Under the pieces are notes generated by a model. The model was not told the DNA's origin, searched no databases, and saw only the letters and a list, made by a program, of their open reading frames with translations. A program made the translations under genes and the position numbers. Shown here one piece after another: positions 62,487-62,518 of a stretch of DNA of 62,518 nucleotides. This DNA is from Saprolegnia diclina VS20 (taxonomy: Eukaryota). The stretch is taken from NCBI RefSeq assembly GCF_000281045.1, contig NW_008246105.1:133644-196161 (forward strand). The letters run 5' to 3'. Numbering within the stretch: position 1 is the first letter of the stretch; each line of letters opens with the position of its first letter.

Positions 62487-62518
62487 TACCTCGGCGACGG
62501 TGTTGATACAGACTCGAT

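Overview
Eukaryotic, gene-dense, GC-rich genomic DNA with many short (~40-75 nt) GT-AG introns. Gene content (flagellar IFT139, an oomycete-type bZIP, a KCTD-like BTB protein, a TRP-like receptor) points to an oomycete; a Saprolegnia-like water mould is my inference. About 25 protein-coding genes were reconstructed by hand from the ORF fragments, so exon boundaries are approximate. Recognisable genes: SCYL-type pseudokinase, RPL13A, TTC21B/IFT139, DPAGT1/ALG7, STI1/HOP, MnSOD, RER1, HPF1, RPL36, extended-synaptotagmin-like protein, bZIP factor, APC amino-acid permease and long-chain fatty-alcohol oxidase. The most unusual item is one multi-exon gene (17426-21489) that appears to fuse a permuted papain-like (YiiX/C92) hydrolase, two cyclic-nucleotide-binding domains, degenerate EF-hands and a complete SLC25 mitochondrial carrier. 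Also notable are an intronless DUF2306-like/FAD-NAD(P)-reductase fusion, a long and highly base-paired RPL13A intron, a motif shared by the introns of the two ribosomal-protein genes, a TPR-Aha1 fusion, and an ankyrin gene with about one exon per repeat. I found no tRNA, rRNA, CRISPR array or transposon.
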